Shown here: piece by piece, positions 30,357 to 40,123 of the stretch | Layout: each line of letters begins with the position of its first letter | Position numbering within the stretch: the stretch's first letter is position 1 | Position numbers and translations under genes: made by a program | NCBI GenBank assembly: GCA_964637295.1 | Contig: CAZWWE010000004.1 | Coordinates: 26,674-90,673, forward strand | Length of the DNA stretch: 64,000 bases | Origin: an uncultured Pseudomonadales bacterium | GTDB lineage: Bacteria > Patescibacteriota > Microgenomatia > UBA1400 > PJMF01 | Reading direction: 5' to 3' | Notes under the pieces: generated by a model | The model's input: only the letters and a program-made list of their open reading frames with translations | The model's database searches: none | Told to the model about the DNA's origin: nothing

Positions 30357-30665
30357 ATGGCGCAAACTAAATATCGTGAATATTATCTAAAAATGCTTGC
30401 AGAAAATCGTCAATTGTTTGACGACTTTCTCAAAGTCAATGATCTTTTTCGGGAAAATCCAAGCTTGCACGCTACTGAGTTTCATCAGCTTGGCCAAAAA
30501 GTAGTGGATAAAATTCGTGACTTTGATCGTCGTTTGTGTAGCGCTATGGGCCGTGGAGTTTACAGTACTTACTCGCAACAATTATCAGAAAAATTCTGGG
30601 CTTTAGCGCGTCAAGATTTTGACCAAATTGATCTGGTGGGAGTCAAAATTAAAACAGCTAAATAA
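30357..30665 (+). CDS. Hypothetical protein
   Basis: Operonic ORF. Confidence 0.75.
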   Translation: MAQTKYREYYLKMLAENRQLFDDFLKVNDLFRENPSLHATEFHQLGQKVVDKIRDFDRRLCSAMGRGVYSTYSQQLSEKFWALARQDFDQIDLVGVKIKTAK

Positions 30666-30688
30666 AATAATGTGTTAGAATTGAGCAT

Positions 30689-30982
30689 ATGAATTACAAC
30701 GTCTATGCCCATGATTTTTTTTCAACTTTTTGGCCATTATTTGCTGGTCTAACTAGCTTTTTTGTCTTTTTAATTTTATTAGATCTATTGCTTAAAGCCC
30801 TAGCTCTTTGGAAAGCGGCTCGCGCTGATCAGCCTTTTTGGTTTATTGCTTTATTAATTTTTAATACCGTTGGTATTTTGCCGATTATTTATTTACTTTT
30901 TTTTGCTCGCGAACACAAAGTCCAACTTACTTCGCCAATTGCGGCTAATAAAACTGCCTCAAAAACTAAGAAACGCAAGTGA
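30689..30982 (+). CDS. Small membrane protein (DUF5652-like)
   Basis: ALWKAAR..WF...NTVGILPIIY. Confidence 0.75.
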   Translation: MNYNVYAHDFFSTFWPLFAGLTSFFVFLILLDLLLKALALWKAARADQPFWFIALLIFNTVGILPIIYLLFFAREHKVQLTSPIAANKTASKTKKRK

Positions 30983-31779
30983 AGGCTAGACTGAGATTTT
31001 TTATGCAGCATGCTTCTCAACTTTCTCAAGAAATACTTCCTATCGTTGAGTTTGTGCGCCGTGTTTTTGTCAAAAATAACAAAAAACATGCTGTTATTGC
31101 GGTCTCTGGCGGGATTGATAGTGCTGTCGCCCTATCTTTATTAGTTCAAGCTTGGCCTAAGCAGCAAATATGGCCCATTTTGCTACCTTATGGAAGACAA
31201 GAAATGATTGATGCAACAACGATTTTAGATTTTTGGCAGATCCCTCTGGAAAACAGAAAAATTTTGAACATTGCTTCCATGGTGGATGCAACTTGCAAGT
31301 CTTTGCAAATCACTGACGCAGATAAAGTGCGCAAGGGTAACGTGATTGCTAGAACGAGAATGATGGCAATTTTTGACTATGCTAAAAAGAAAGATGGTCT
31401 AGTAGTTGGCACAGAAAATAAATCTGAACATTATTTGGGTTATTTTACTCGTTTTGGCGATCAGGCCTCAGATTTAGAACCACTGGCTACTTTATACAAA
31501 ACCCAAGTGCGTCAAATCGCTCAAACACTTGATTTGCCTCCAATTTTTCTAGAAAAGCCGCCTTCGGCTGATTTATGGCCAGAGCAAAGCGATGAACAGG
31601 AACTTGGCTTTAGCTATGAATTGGCTGATAGCGTATTACACTATTTGCTTGAACAGAAACTACAGCCGGCAGAAATTCTTCAACTTTTTAATCAAGAACA
31701 ACAAGCCACAGTTAATAAGATTTTAGTTAGAGTGGAGACGATGGCTTTTAAACGACAAACTCCTTATACTCTTGCATAG
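30979..31779 (+). CDS. nadE: NH3-dependent NAD+ synthetase
   Basis: SGGIDSA, GNVIARTRM, GYFTRFGD, PPSADL. Confidence 0.95.
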   Translation: MKARLRFFMQHASQLSQEILPIVEFVRRVFVKNNKKHAVIAVSGGIDSAVALSLLVQAWPKQQIWPILLPYGRQEMIDATTILDFWQIPLENRKILNIASMVDATCKSLQITDADKVRKGNVIARTRMMAIFDYAKKKDGLVVGTENKSEHYLGYFTRFGDQASDLEPLATLYKTQVRQIAQTLDLPPIFLEKPPSADLWPEQSDEQELGFSYELADSVLHYLLEQKLQPAEILQLFNQEQQATVNKILVRVETMAFKRQTPYTLA

Positions 31780-31796
31780 AAATAGAATAAAAATTT

Positions 31797-32360
31797 ATGA
31801 CTGATTCCAGTGCTCACATTATTTTGCAAGCAATCGACATTGTGGCAATTGTCAAAAAACTGCGTCAAGCAAAAAAGAAAATAGTTTTGACTCAAGGTTC
31901 TTTTGATTTGGTTCACATCGGTCACGCTCGTTATTGCGATAAAGCTCGTGATTATGGCGATGTTTTGATTGTTGGCGTCGATAGTGATGAAAAAGTGCGT
32001 CAGCGCAAGGGTCCTAATCGGCCCATTGTCCCAGAAGATGAACGCATGGAAATGCTGACTCACTTACGCAGCGTTGATTACGTGGTGCTGAAAGAAGCGG
32101 GCGAAAAAAAATTTAATTTAATTAAACTAATTAAGCCAGATGTGCTGATTGCTACAGCACAAACTTATGATGCAGAAACTATCAAAAAATTAGAAAAAAT
32201 CTGTGGCAAAGTAGTGGTATTGGATCCAATGGCCACAACTTCTACTACGGCAAAAATTCGCTTGATGCAAATGAATACTGCTCGCAAAATTCAAGATCGC
32301 ATGCGCAGTAAACTGATTAAGAGTATTGAAGAAGTTTTGGAAGAATTAAGAACTGCTTGA
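31797..32360 (+). CDS. Cytidylyltransferase-family nucleotidyltransferase (RfaE/TagD-like)
   Basis: GSFDLVHIGH, GVDSD, KGPNRPI, STT. Confidence 0.9.
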   Translation: MTDSSAHIILQAIDIVAIVKKLRQAKKKIVLTQGSFDLVHIGHARYCDKARDYGDVLIVGVDSDEKVRQRKGPNRPIVPEDERMEMLTHLRSVDYVVLKEAGEKKFNLIKLIKPDVLIATAQTYDAETIKKLEKICGKVVVLDPMATTSTTAKIRLMQMNTARKIQDRMRSKLIKSIEEVLEELRTA

Positions 32361-32384
32361 AAAATTTATTGAAGGAAATTTAAT

Positions 32385-33308
32385 ATGCAGCAATTTGTTT
32401 TTGCCTATGTACCAGTCTTACATCGTGGCTATCAGGAATTTTTTTCCAAATACCAAGCTGCTCACTTATACTTGCTAAGCAGAGAAGAGCTACTGCAACT
32501 TACAGAACTTGATTATCTTAAAAAAGATATTCGGGCGCTAGATTTAAGCTTGGTTCAAGAAGCAATTAAATCATGGAATATATTTAAGACTGTTGAAACA
32601 ATTAAGATAAAAGATCTTGAGCAATTAAATTACTCTCAAGCAGATGCACAGCTAATTTTTACTAATGATGACATTGGCCATTTAATTGCAGAGCGCTTTT
32701 TCAAAAATTATGGCAATCAATTATTTGAGCCAATTTTTTTACGCTGGGACGAAAAAGCTATTAGTGATCCTAAAATGGCAAAAGGCATTAAGATCAGTAA
32801 GACTCAATTTGAAAAAGAGATGATGTTCAAAGCTTTTATTGAAGCTGGCAAGAGCAGTGATTGGTGGCGTCACGTGGGTAGTTTGCTAATTAAACATGGC
32901 CAAATTTTAGCAGTTGCTTACAATCAACATTTACCAAGTCATGATCAGCAATACAAGGTTTCAGATCCTAGAATTAGTTTCAATTCTGGCGTGGGCATTG
33001 AGTTTGCGAGCTCGATCCATGCTGAAGCGGCTTTGATTGCCCGAGCTGCCAAAAGAGGATTGGTTTTAGCGGGTGCGGAAATCTACGTGACAACCTTTCC
33101 TTGCCCAATTTGCGCCAAACAAATTGCTGAAGCAGGAATTAAAAAAGTCTATTACGCCAAGGGCTATGCATTACTAGATGGTTTAGAAATTTTTAAAGCT
33201 TATGAGATTGAAGTTAACTTAATAGCTTTTACTAATCAGGAATTAAGAGAATTAGAACAAATCGAAAATGCTAATTGTTTAGTCAAAAAGCGATATGTTT
33301 TGATATAA
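32385..33308 (+). CDS. dCMP deaminase-family protein with N-terminal extension
   Basis: HAE and PCPIC zinc motifs; about 140 extra N-terminal aa with PVLHRGY. Confidence 0.85.
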   Translation: MQQFVFAYVPVLHRGYQEFFSKYQAAHLYLLSREELLQLTELDYLKKDIRALDLSLVQEAIKSWNIFKTVETIKIKDLEQLNYSQADAQLIFTNDDIGHLIAERFFKNYGNQLFEPIFLRWDEKAISDPKMAKGIKISKTQFEKEMMFKAFIEAGKSSDWWRHVGSLLIKHGQILAVAYNQHLPSHDQQYKVSDPRISFNSGVGIEFASSIHAEAALIARAAKRGLVLAGAEIYVTTFPCPICAKQIAEAGIKKVYYAKGYALLDGLEIFKAYEIEVNLIAFTNQELRELEQIENANCLVKKRYVLI

Positions 33309-33315
33309 TTTTTGA

Positions 33316-34344
33316 GTGGCGGAAAAAATAACTCAACCAGCAGCACAACAATTGCTCATTCCCTATAAGGAATTTTTAGCAGAGCTGAATTTAGATCCAC
33401 TTTTGGCCAGCATTCTTACAAGAGATGGTTTATTATTAAACTTAGCGACAACAGCAACAACCAACACTGAAGCTACTTCGGAAATTGTTTGGCCAGGAAT
33501 TAGCAGAGATGCGATTTTTTTTGCAGTAATTTTTCAATTTCTTGCACAAATATCCAGTAAATTATCCACTACTGATGAAAGCTTTGCTGCCTATGACATA
33601 GAAATTTGCAAAGAGTTTCTGTCACGCACTCAAATTTTTCAAGCTTTAGCTTCGGATAAAATCATTCTTAGTCAAGCTCATCGACAAACAGAGCATGTTA
33701 ATTCTCAAGAACATATCTTGACTACTTTAAAGAATCTAATCACTGAATCCTTGTCAGAAAGAGAAAAATTTTTAATGAGAGTTTTTGTTTTAATGCATGA
33801 TTTCGGGAAAGTGTTATTGGCTAATTATGAAGGTGATTCTGAAGCATTGATGAAAGTAATCAAGAATGTTAATCAGGAAGGAATAGTAAAAAATTCTTTT
33901 GTTGACCATCAGCAGTTATCAGCTCTGATTTTTCGCTCAGTGTTGAGCCATAGTCAATTAGCGAGAGAGCAATTTGTCGATGAGCAAGAAATTGAATATC
34001 TTGTCAATCTTATTGCTCATCACCATCTTTTTGGCAGTGTCAATAAATATCTCAAAGATGGTGGTTTTGATCTAAACGGTTTTTTCACCAATGTTCCCGG
34101 ATTGGCAGAAAGTAAGCGTTGGGAATATTTATTACATTCATTTTTATTTAATTTGGCAGATGTGAGTGCAACCAGAGGCCATTGGCCACATCTTTTACCA
34201 AATATTGAAAGTTTTGAGCAATTGACGAAAATATACTCTCAAGATGAAAATAGAGATCCTGAGCTTTTAGAAAAAATGCAGCTTAGCCTCGAATTAGCTA
34301 AAATTAAATATCAATATTGTTATCAGCAAGGTATAAATTTTTAA
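33316..34344 (+). CDS. HD-domain protein
   Basis: TEHV, LMHDFGK, DHQQLSA, IAHHH, NLADV. Confidence 0.75.
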   Translation: MAEKITQPAAQQLLIPYKEFLAELNLDPLLASILTRDGLLLNLATTATTNTEATSEIVWPGISRDAIFFAVIFQFLAQISSKLSTTDESFAAYDIEICKEFLSRTQIFQALASDKIILSQAHRQTEHVNSQEHILTTLKNLITESLSEREKFLMRVFVLMHDFGKVLLANYEGDSEALMKVIKNVNQEGIVKNSFVDHQQLSALIFRSVLSHSQLAREQFVDEQEIEYLVNLIAHHHLFGSVNKYLKDGGFDLNGFFTNVPGLAESKRWEYLLHSFLFNLADVSATRGHWPHLLPNIESFEQLTKIYSQDENRDPELLEKMQLSLELAKIKYQYCYQQGINF

Positions 34345-34351
34345 GAGCCAG

Positions 34352-34822
34352 TTATTTTCTGCGCTCTCGCTGCAGACCTAATTTAATTCTGACTGGTTCA
34401 AAATCTTCGGCCAGAGCATCTGGCACGATCAGTTGCACGTGCAAATGATTAACGGTGCCTGCGGAAAAATCAGTATCACCAAAGCGCATTGCTAAACCGC
34501 CACCTTCAAACTGATATTTTTTTGCCAGTTCTTGCATCAAAGCAAATAATTCCTTGCCCGCCTCGATGTCTAATTCTTGTAAGCTAGTGGCGTGTTTTTT
34601 ATAAATCAGCAGAAAGTGATGCTTGGTGTGGGGATAGGGCCACTGGTTTTTAGTGACAAGCCAATGTGCGGTTTCTTTGAGAATAGGTTCTTTGTGATAG
34701 TGCTGTAAATTTTCTGCACAAAAAGGACAATGGTTTTGATCAGCAATTTTCTGCATGACCTCGATTTGATCTTGTTGTCGAGCGTTATTAAGATTAATAA
34801 AATTATTTTTATTTTGCTGCAT
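34352..34822 (-). CDS. HIT-family protein (HxHxQ type)
   Basis: CPFC, NQWPY, HFLLI, GTVNHLHVQL. Confidence 0.88.
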   Translation of the reverse strand: MQQNKNNFINLNNARQQDQIEVMQKIADQNHCPFCAENLQHYHKEPILKETAHWLVTKNQWPYPHTKHHFLLIYKKHATSLQELDIEAGKELFALMQELAKKYQFEGGGLAMRFGDTDFSAGTVNHLHVQLIVPDALAEDFEPVRIKLGLQRERRK

Positions 34823-34828
34823 TTTTTC

Positions 34829-35701
34829 CTAAATGGCGACCGGAATATCCCACATACCTGGATGCGGATTGTAATCAACTAATTCAAAGTCTTCGATACG
34901 ATAATCAAAAAGGTTTTTTTTCTTGTTTTTCAAGAGCATTTTTGGTAAAGGGCGAGTCTCTCTTCTTAGCAATTCTTTGACGTGCTCAATTTGATTGATA
35001 AAAATATGAGCATCTGAAAAACTATGGATGTATTCATCGGCCTCATAACCGGTAACTTCAGCAATCATCATAGTTAGAGCGGCATATTGAGCCAGATTGG
35101 CAGGAAGACCAATCGGCACATCACTGGAACGCTGAAACATGTGTAAAGAGAGTTTATTATTGATGACGCGGATGTGAATCCAACCGTGGCAAGGGCAGAC
35201 CACCACTTTTTGAGTTTTGCCGGTGCCACGAATAGTGTACTGCGGAATCCAAGGAGTTATAAAATGAGTTTTGAGGTGAGGTAATTCTTTAATTTGCTCA
35301 ATGATTTCCTTAAATTGATTAAAAGTGCCACCATCAGCAGTTGGAAAATCATGAAAAGCTGCTCCATAAGAACCTGGACCCAAATCACCAGTTGCCAACC
35401 CTCGTTTATGACATTTTTCCTGCGTCACCCAAGCTTTCCACCAGTTACAGCCGTATTTTTCAAGCTCACTTTGGGTGCGAGCGCCATTGATAAAAGCAAT
35501 AATTTCACCAATTGCGCCTTGCCACATTTTCTCACTGATTTTACGCTCTGTGATAATAGGAAAACCTTCGCTGAGCTTGAAGCGCAGGGGAGTGGGAGCA
35601 ATTTTGCTAATGGTGTCAATTTCTTGTTGGCTTTTTCCTTGAGAGCCTTCATCTAAAATTTCTTTGAGTAGCTTTTGATAGGGAGAGAGTTGACGTGACA
35701 C
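34829..35701 (-). CDS. thyA: Thymidylate synthase (divergent)
   Basis: GFPIIT, GDLGP.YG, CPCH, QRSSD, PAN, PVAI; likely GTG start 6 nt after TTGACA-17-TATATT. Confidence 0.9.
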   Translation of the reverse strand: MSRQLSPYQKLLKEILDEGSQGKSQQEIDTISKIAPTPLRFKLSEGFPIITERKISEKMWQGAIGEIIAFINGARTQSELEKYGCNWWKAWVTQEKCHKRGLATGDLGPGSYGAAFHDFPTADGGTFNQFKEIIEQIKELPHLKTHFITPWIPQYTIRGTGKTQKVVVCPCHGWIHIRVINNKLSLHMFQRSSDVPIGLPANLAQYAALTMMIAEVTGYEADEYIHSFSDAHIFINQIEHVKELLRRETRPLPKMLLKNKKKNLFDYRIEDFELVDYNPHPGMWDIPVAI

Positions 35702-35756
35702 GATGACAATATATCGATTTAGTTGGTTGATGTCAATCAATTATTAATATCAATTA

Positions 35757-36062
35757 TTAAATGCTGAGCTTAATTTCGCCTTCGGCGTATTGACTGATTA
35801 GTAAACCAAGTAAAGTTTGATAAGGAATTCTTTTTTTGGCGGCTTTAGCTTTGACCTTGCTTAGGTCGAGGTCATTAATGCGTAAGGTGATGCTTTTTTC
35901 TTTACGTTTTCTAATGGTGTTGATGGCAGCTTGGCGAAGCAATTTTTTGCTTTCTTCTAAATCAGGCACAGAAACGTATTCACCGCGTTCGAGAGCATTT
36001 TCAATGGCTTGTTCTTCTGTGTCGAGAATCAGATTTTTAAATGGGTTAAAGTTTTTTTTCAT
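35757..36062 (-). CDS. CopG-like antitoxin
   Basis: LDTEEQAIE, ITLRIN, KAKA..IPYQTL. Confidence 0.85.
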   Translation of the reverse strand: MKKNFNPFKNLILDTEEQAIENALERGEYVSVPDLEESKKLLRQAAINTIRKRKEKSITLRINDLDLSKVKAKAAKKRIPYQTLLGLLISQYAEGEIKLSI

Positions 36063-36330
36063 ATTTTTTCTTAAAGTGGCGACTTGGATAAATAGTTTTT
36101 AGAAAAATAGTTTTTTTATTTTTATCAATGACGTATGGTATAACGTAAGCGTAATTTTTAAATGAGATAATAAAAATTCGTTGTTTTCTATATCTTTCTT
36201 GATTATGATGCTTGATGTCTCCAATAGTCAGTTCTTTTTGAATCAACTCAATAACATCTTCAAAGCAAATTCGTCTGGTTTCTTTGAGTAGTTGATTTTT
36301 CTCTGCACTAAATTCGATTTCAAAGTCCAT
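36046..36330 (-). CDS. BrnT-like toxin
   Basis: FSAEKNQLLKETRRICFED, FLKTIYPSR. Confidence 0.85.
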   Translation of the reverse strand: MDFEIEFSAEKNQLLKETRRICFEDVIELIQKELTIGDIKHHNQERYRKQRIFIISFKNYAYVIPYVIDKNKKTIFLKTIYPSRHFKKKYEKKL

Positions 36331-36555
36331 GTTCATAATATAGCAAAAGTATGTACTTTGTAAATACTTAAATTAAGTTTATTTGTTGGCTAGTTTTTAA
36401 ACAATCTCTCTTAGAAACTATTTCCTAATTGACCAGACGCGTGTGCGTGATTGAATCTATTTTAGATATAAAAAGGGATAAGCTTTTATGACTGAAACAT
36501 TATTATGAGTGCCCCACGTGAGTCAAGCTAAACTTTTTGAGTTATAATCAACCTC

Positions 36556-37341
36556 ATGCAAATTCAAGCTATTAAATCACGTATTATCAAGCCTAATGAT
36601 GATCTTTTGACAGCCATTGATGAGGCGATTTCCAAAGATTCTAATTTAAGAGGCAAGCTACCGGAAAATTCGGTTTTGGCTATCAGCTCAAAAGTAATTA
36701 GTTATTGTCAAGGAAGAGTGGTGCCTAAGCTGAGTGAAGCTAAAAGCGCTAAACATGATTTAGTTAAAAAAGAAGCTGAGTTTTACACTGATCCTTCATC
36801 TTCTAAATTCGATCTAATGTTGACCATTAAAAATTCCACTTTGATTGTCAATGCTGGTATTGACGAATCTAACGCTGCCATCAATGGACAGGCCTGTTAT
36901 GTCTTGTGGCCGGAAAAAATTCAAGAAACTCTCAATGAAGTTTGGCAATATTTGCGCAAAAAGCATCAATTAAAAAATTTTGGTGTTATTACTACGGACA
37001 GTCGTTCTTTTCCATTGCGCTGGGGAGTAGTGGGCACGACCATTGCTTATTGTGGATTCAAAGGCCTGAATAATCACATTGGTCAAGAAGATTTATTTGG
37101 TCGAAAAATGAAAATGGAGCAAGTGAACGTCGCTGAAGCTTTGGGTGTAGCAGCCACTTTTGCCATGGGTGAAGTGGCTGAGCAAACACCTTTTGTTTTA
37201 CTATTTGATTTAACAAAAGTACAGTTTACTGATGCAGTTCCAAGCAGCGAAGAATTAACAGCCAACCAAATTAGTTTAGAAGATGATTTATATGCTCCTT
37301 TATTAACTCATGTGGCCTGGCAAAAAGGAGGCTCTAAATGA
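36556..37341 (+). CDS. CofE/F420-0:gamma-glutamyl ligase family protein (probable FolC2)
   Basis: ISSKVIS, NAGIDESN, TDS..PLRWG, DLFGR, MGE; overlaps folA. Confidence 0.85.
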   Translation: MQIQAIKSRIIKPNDDLLTAIDEAISKDSNLRGKLPENSVLAISSKVISYCQGRVVPKLSEAKSAKHDLVKKEAEFYTDPSSSKFDLMLTIKNSTLIVNAGIDESNAAINGQACYVLWPEKIQETLNEVWQYLRKKHQLKNFGVITTDSRSFPLRWGVVGTTIAYCGFKGLNNHIGQEDLFGRKMKMEQVNVAEALGVAATFAMGEVAEQTPFVLLFDLTKVQFTDAVPSSEELTANQISLEDDLYAPLLTHVAWQKGGSK

Positions 37342-37862
37342 ATAAACCCACAGTGATTTTACTAGTGGCGATGAGCAGTGATGGTTTCATTGCTCCACTT
37401 AACAAAGAAAAATTACCTTCGACTAGTTGGACTAGTCCAGAAGACAAGCAATTTTTTACAGCTCAAAGCAAGGCCATTGGCACTTTAATCATGGGTTCTA
37501 AAACTTTTGAAACGATTGGTCGAGTTTTACCAGATAGACGCATGATTGTGATGACCAGTAAACCAGCGCATTATGCTCCATATCGTGATCCTAATTTGGT
37601 TTTTACCGATGAGAGCCCAGAGGCAATTTTGACTGATTTAAGTCAACAAGGCATTAGACAAGTGGCGCTTTGCGGTGGAGCCAGGATTTATCAATTGTTT
37701 TTACAAAAAAACTTAGTAGACAAAATGTTGATTACGGTGGAGCCGCATGTTTTCAGTGAAGGAATCAAATTATTTACTGGTGCAATCGAAGCAAAATTTA
37801 AACTATTGGCAAAAACAAAACTTAATGAACAAGGAACTCTTCTGTTGGAATATTCACTCTAG
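37338..37862 (+). CDS. folA: Dihydrofolate reductase family protein
   Basis: AMSSDGFI, IMGSKTFE, LPDR, CGGA.IY. Confidence 0.8.
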   Translation: MNKPTVILLVAMSSDGFIAPLNKEKLPSTSWTSPEDKQFFTAQSKAIGTLIMGSKTFETIGRVLPDRRMIVMTSKPAHYAPYRDPNLVFTDESPEAILTDLSQQGIRQVALCGGARIYQLFLQKNLVDKMLITVEPHVFSEGIKLFTGAIEAKFKLLAKTKLNEQGTLLLEYSL

Positions 37863-37891
37863 TTATCTTTTTTTGTCGCTGAACATCTTCA

Positions 37892-38497
37892 TTAAACAAA
37901 ATAGCTTGCTCCATGACCAGGATAAACTTCTGAATATTTGTTAGCCTGAGCTATTTTTTTTAACTTAGCTAGACTGTTTTGTAAATCTTTGCTACTGGAG
38001 TAAGCAAAGTCTGTGCGCCCGACATTGCCCTCTGCAAAAATGGTGTCGCCACTTAATAAAATTTTACTTTTTTCATCTAACAAACAGATGCTACCTGGAG
38101 TATGGCCAGGAGTGTGAATAATTTGAAAATTTTCCCCGATCAAATCAAGTTGCTGTTGTTTTTTTAGATCAAAATCTGCTGCCGGGACAGGATCACTTTC
38201 TAAACCAAGCCAGTGAAGTGCACTAACTTGGGCTCTCATCAGTAAAAACTGATCGGCAAAACTCATCATAATTGGCATATCCCAAGCGCTTTTTAGACTG
38301 AGTAAGCCTAAACAATGATCAAAATGTCCATGAGTCAAAATAACGGCGCTTAATTTTAAATTGTTGCGCAGCAATTCTTCATTCAAAAAATCGCCATCAT
38401 CAGCTGGATCAATAATAATGGCTTCACCACTTAAATCATTCCATAATAAGTAACAATTGGTTTGTAAATTACCCAAAATGAAAGTTTTCATTTGCAT
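37892..38497 (-). CDS. MBL-fold metallo-hydrolase
   Basis: THGHFDH, TPGHTPGS, GD, PGHG. Confidence 0.93.
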   Translation of the reverse strand: MQMKTFILGNLQTNCYLLWNDLSGEAIIIDPADDGDFLNEELLRNNLKLSAVILTHGHFDHCLGLLSLKSAWDMPIMMSFADQFLLMRAQVSALHWLGLESDPVPAADFDLKKQQQLDLIGENFQIIHTPGHTPGSICLLDEKSKILLSGDTIFAEGNVGRTDFAYSSSKDLQNSLAKLKKIAQANKYSEVYPGHGASYFV

Positions 38498-38519
38498 AAA
38501 GCCATGTTAGCATGAATTC

Positions 38520-38684
38520 ATAATTCTGTTCTTTAAATCAAGTCATGCTACACTAAAATTATAGCTTAAATGAGCTCAACAATCTTTGTTTCGCTCAATG
38601 AATTCGCTGTTTAAATAATTGGTTATGTATTTATGATCGATTAATCAGCTCATTCAATGGCCTTGATTTAAAGAACAGAATTAT
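38520..38684. repeat. Hairpin repeat family B, copy 1 (165 nt)
   Basis: Perfect 23-bp terminal IR ataattctgttctttaaatcaag; reverse complement of the core aligns with 56154-56325. Confidence 0.85.
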
Positions 38685-38711
38685 TTTGAGTAAAATGTAG
38701 AATTTATTTTT

Positions 38712-39143
38712 ATGGAAATCAAAATCAAGCTTTTTGACCAGTCCTTAGCTTTGCCAGAATATAAAAGCCGTGGCGCCGCTGCCCTTGACCTTTATAGCCG
38801 TTTAGATTTGTGTATTGAACCAGGCACAGTGGCTTATGTGCCGCTCAATATCGCCTTACAACTTCCAGCTAATTATTTCGTGCTTTTATCAGCTCGTAGT
38901 TCACTTCATAAAAAAGGCTTGATGATGGCCAATGGTATTGGCATCGGTGATGCTGATTATTGTGGTGATGGTGATGAATATCAAGCGGCTTTATATAATT
39001 TTAGTCGAGAAAAAGTTTCCATTGAAAAAGGGGAACGCTTAGTACAAATGATCATTTTGTCGAGAGAAAAAATCGAACTAGTCAAATTAGCAAATTTTGC
39101 CAATAGCAATCGTGGCGGCTTTGGCAGTACCGGTAGAAAGTAA
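38712..39143 (+). CDS. dut: dUTP diphosphatase
   Basis: AALDL, ARSS, GIGDADY, GERLVQ, RGGFGSTG. Confidence 0.96.
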   Translation: MEIKIKLFDQSLALPEYKSRGAAALDLYSRLDLCIEPGTVAYVPLNIALQLPANYFVLLSARSSLHKKGLMMANGIGIGDADYCGDGDEYQAALYNFSREKVSIEKGERLVQMIILSREKIELVKLANFANSNRGGFGSTGRK

Positions 39144-39149
39144 CAAAGC

Positions 39150-40100
39150 ATGAGTGGGAATCAGGAACAATTAGCTGACCTATTAAATCAAATTGGTTAT
39201 CGAGAAACCACGCATCCTGTTACTAAACAAGCCGATCATTTAACTAACTTGCCATCGCTTCTTACGTATACTTTAGCAGAATTAAGAGAACTCGAAGAAG
39301 AATATGAGAAACTCATGCGTCTTCGAGAAAATCAAAGACATCTTCAAGAAAAGCAAAGACCGGCTGAAGCAGAAGCAAAAAAAGCTCGCCAGCAGTTTTT
39401 GATGGAATTTGCTGATTTTATGGTGATGCTTAAATTGGTAATTGAAAAACTTCAAGCCCCCTTTTCGCTTGAAGAAAGAGTTTTGCCAGTTAATGGTCAA
39501 TTCAATGGTCGATTTGATTCTTTGTATGAACAGACCGTAAACCTTGGTGAAGGTAGAAAGATTGTTGCGGATCTAGACTTCATTTTTTGTGAAGCTCTTT
39601 CTTTGCTTAAATTTCTCAACATCGAGTTACAGGCAGAGGCTCTTTGTCTCAGCTTAAATCGCAAATTGTGGGCCAATCGTGAGCCGCGTTTTTTTCAAAT
39701 AGAACCTGGCATGAACGAAGCAGATCTGTTGCAAAAAGCTAATCACGCTTTTCGAGTTTTGCGTCTGTTGAGGCGCCAGCTTTTGGATGATTTAGGTCTT
39801 GAGATACACTTGCAAACTTGGATCACTGATTTTTTTGCACCAGAAATTTTAGATTGGCGACACAGCGAGCAAGTTTTAGGAGCTTTGCCAGCTCAAGTCG
39901 CTGCTTTCAGACAAATGATTGCTGATCAAGTTAGTTGGACTTTGACCGCTCAAAAGCCAGCATCGACAAATAATCAGCTTGATCCGCAATTAGAAGCTAA
40001 ACTTAAAATAGCTGGAGCCTGTTCTTTGTCACCAGCTGAGGCGATGGTCTCGGTCCAAGCGGATGGTGCGCCAGCGATCAATAATGCTTTTTCGACTTAA
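39150..40100 (+). CDS. Hypothetical protein with MazG-like N-terminal motif
   Basis: AELRELEEE...EFADFMVML; lies between dut and tmk. Confidence 0.55.
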   Translation: MSGNQEQLADLLNQIGYRETTHPVTKQADHLTNLPSLLTYTLAELRELEEEYEKLMRLRENQRHLQEKQRPAEAEAKKARQQFLMEFADFMVMLKLVIEKLQAPFSLEERVLPVNGQFNGRFDSLYEQTVNLGEGRKIVADLDFIFCEALSLLKFLNIELQAEALCLSLNRKLWANREPRFFQIEPGMNEADLLQKANHAFRVLRLLRRQLLDDLGLEIHLQTWITDFFAPEILDWRHSEQVLGALPAQVAAFRQMIADQVSWTLTAQKPASTNNQLDPQLEAKLKIAGACSLSPAEAMVSVQADGAPAINNAFST

Positions 40101-40123
40101 ATGGATAATTAAAAAAAGGAGTC

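Noticed and set aside
36340-36540. Small gene or ncRNA between the TA toxin and the cofE-like gene
   Set aside because: Frames examined are interrupted by stops and no convincing fold or repeat match was found
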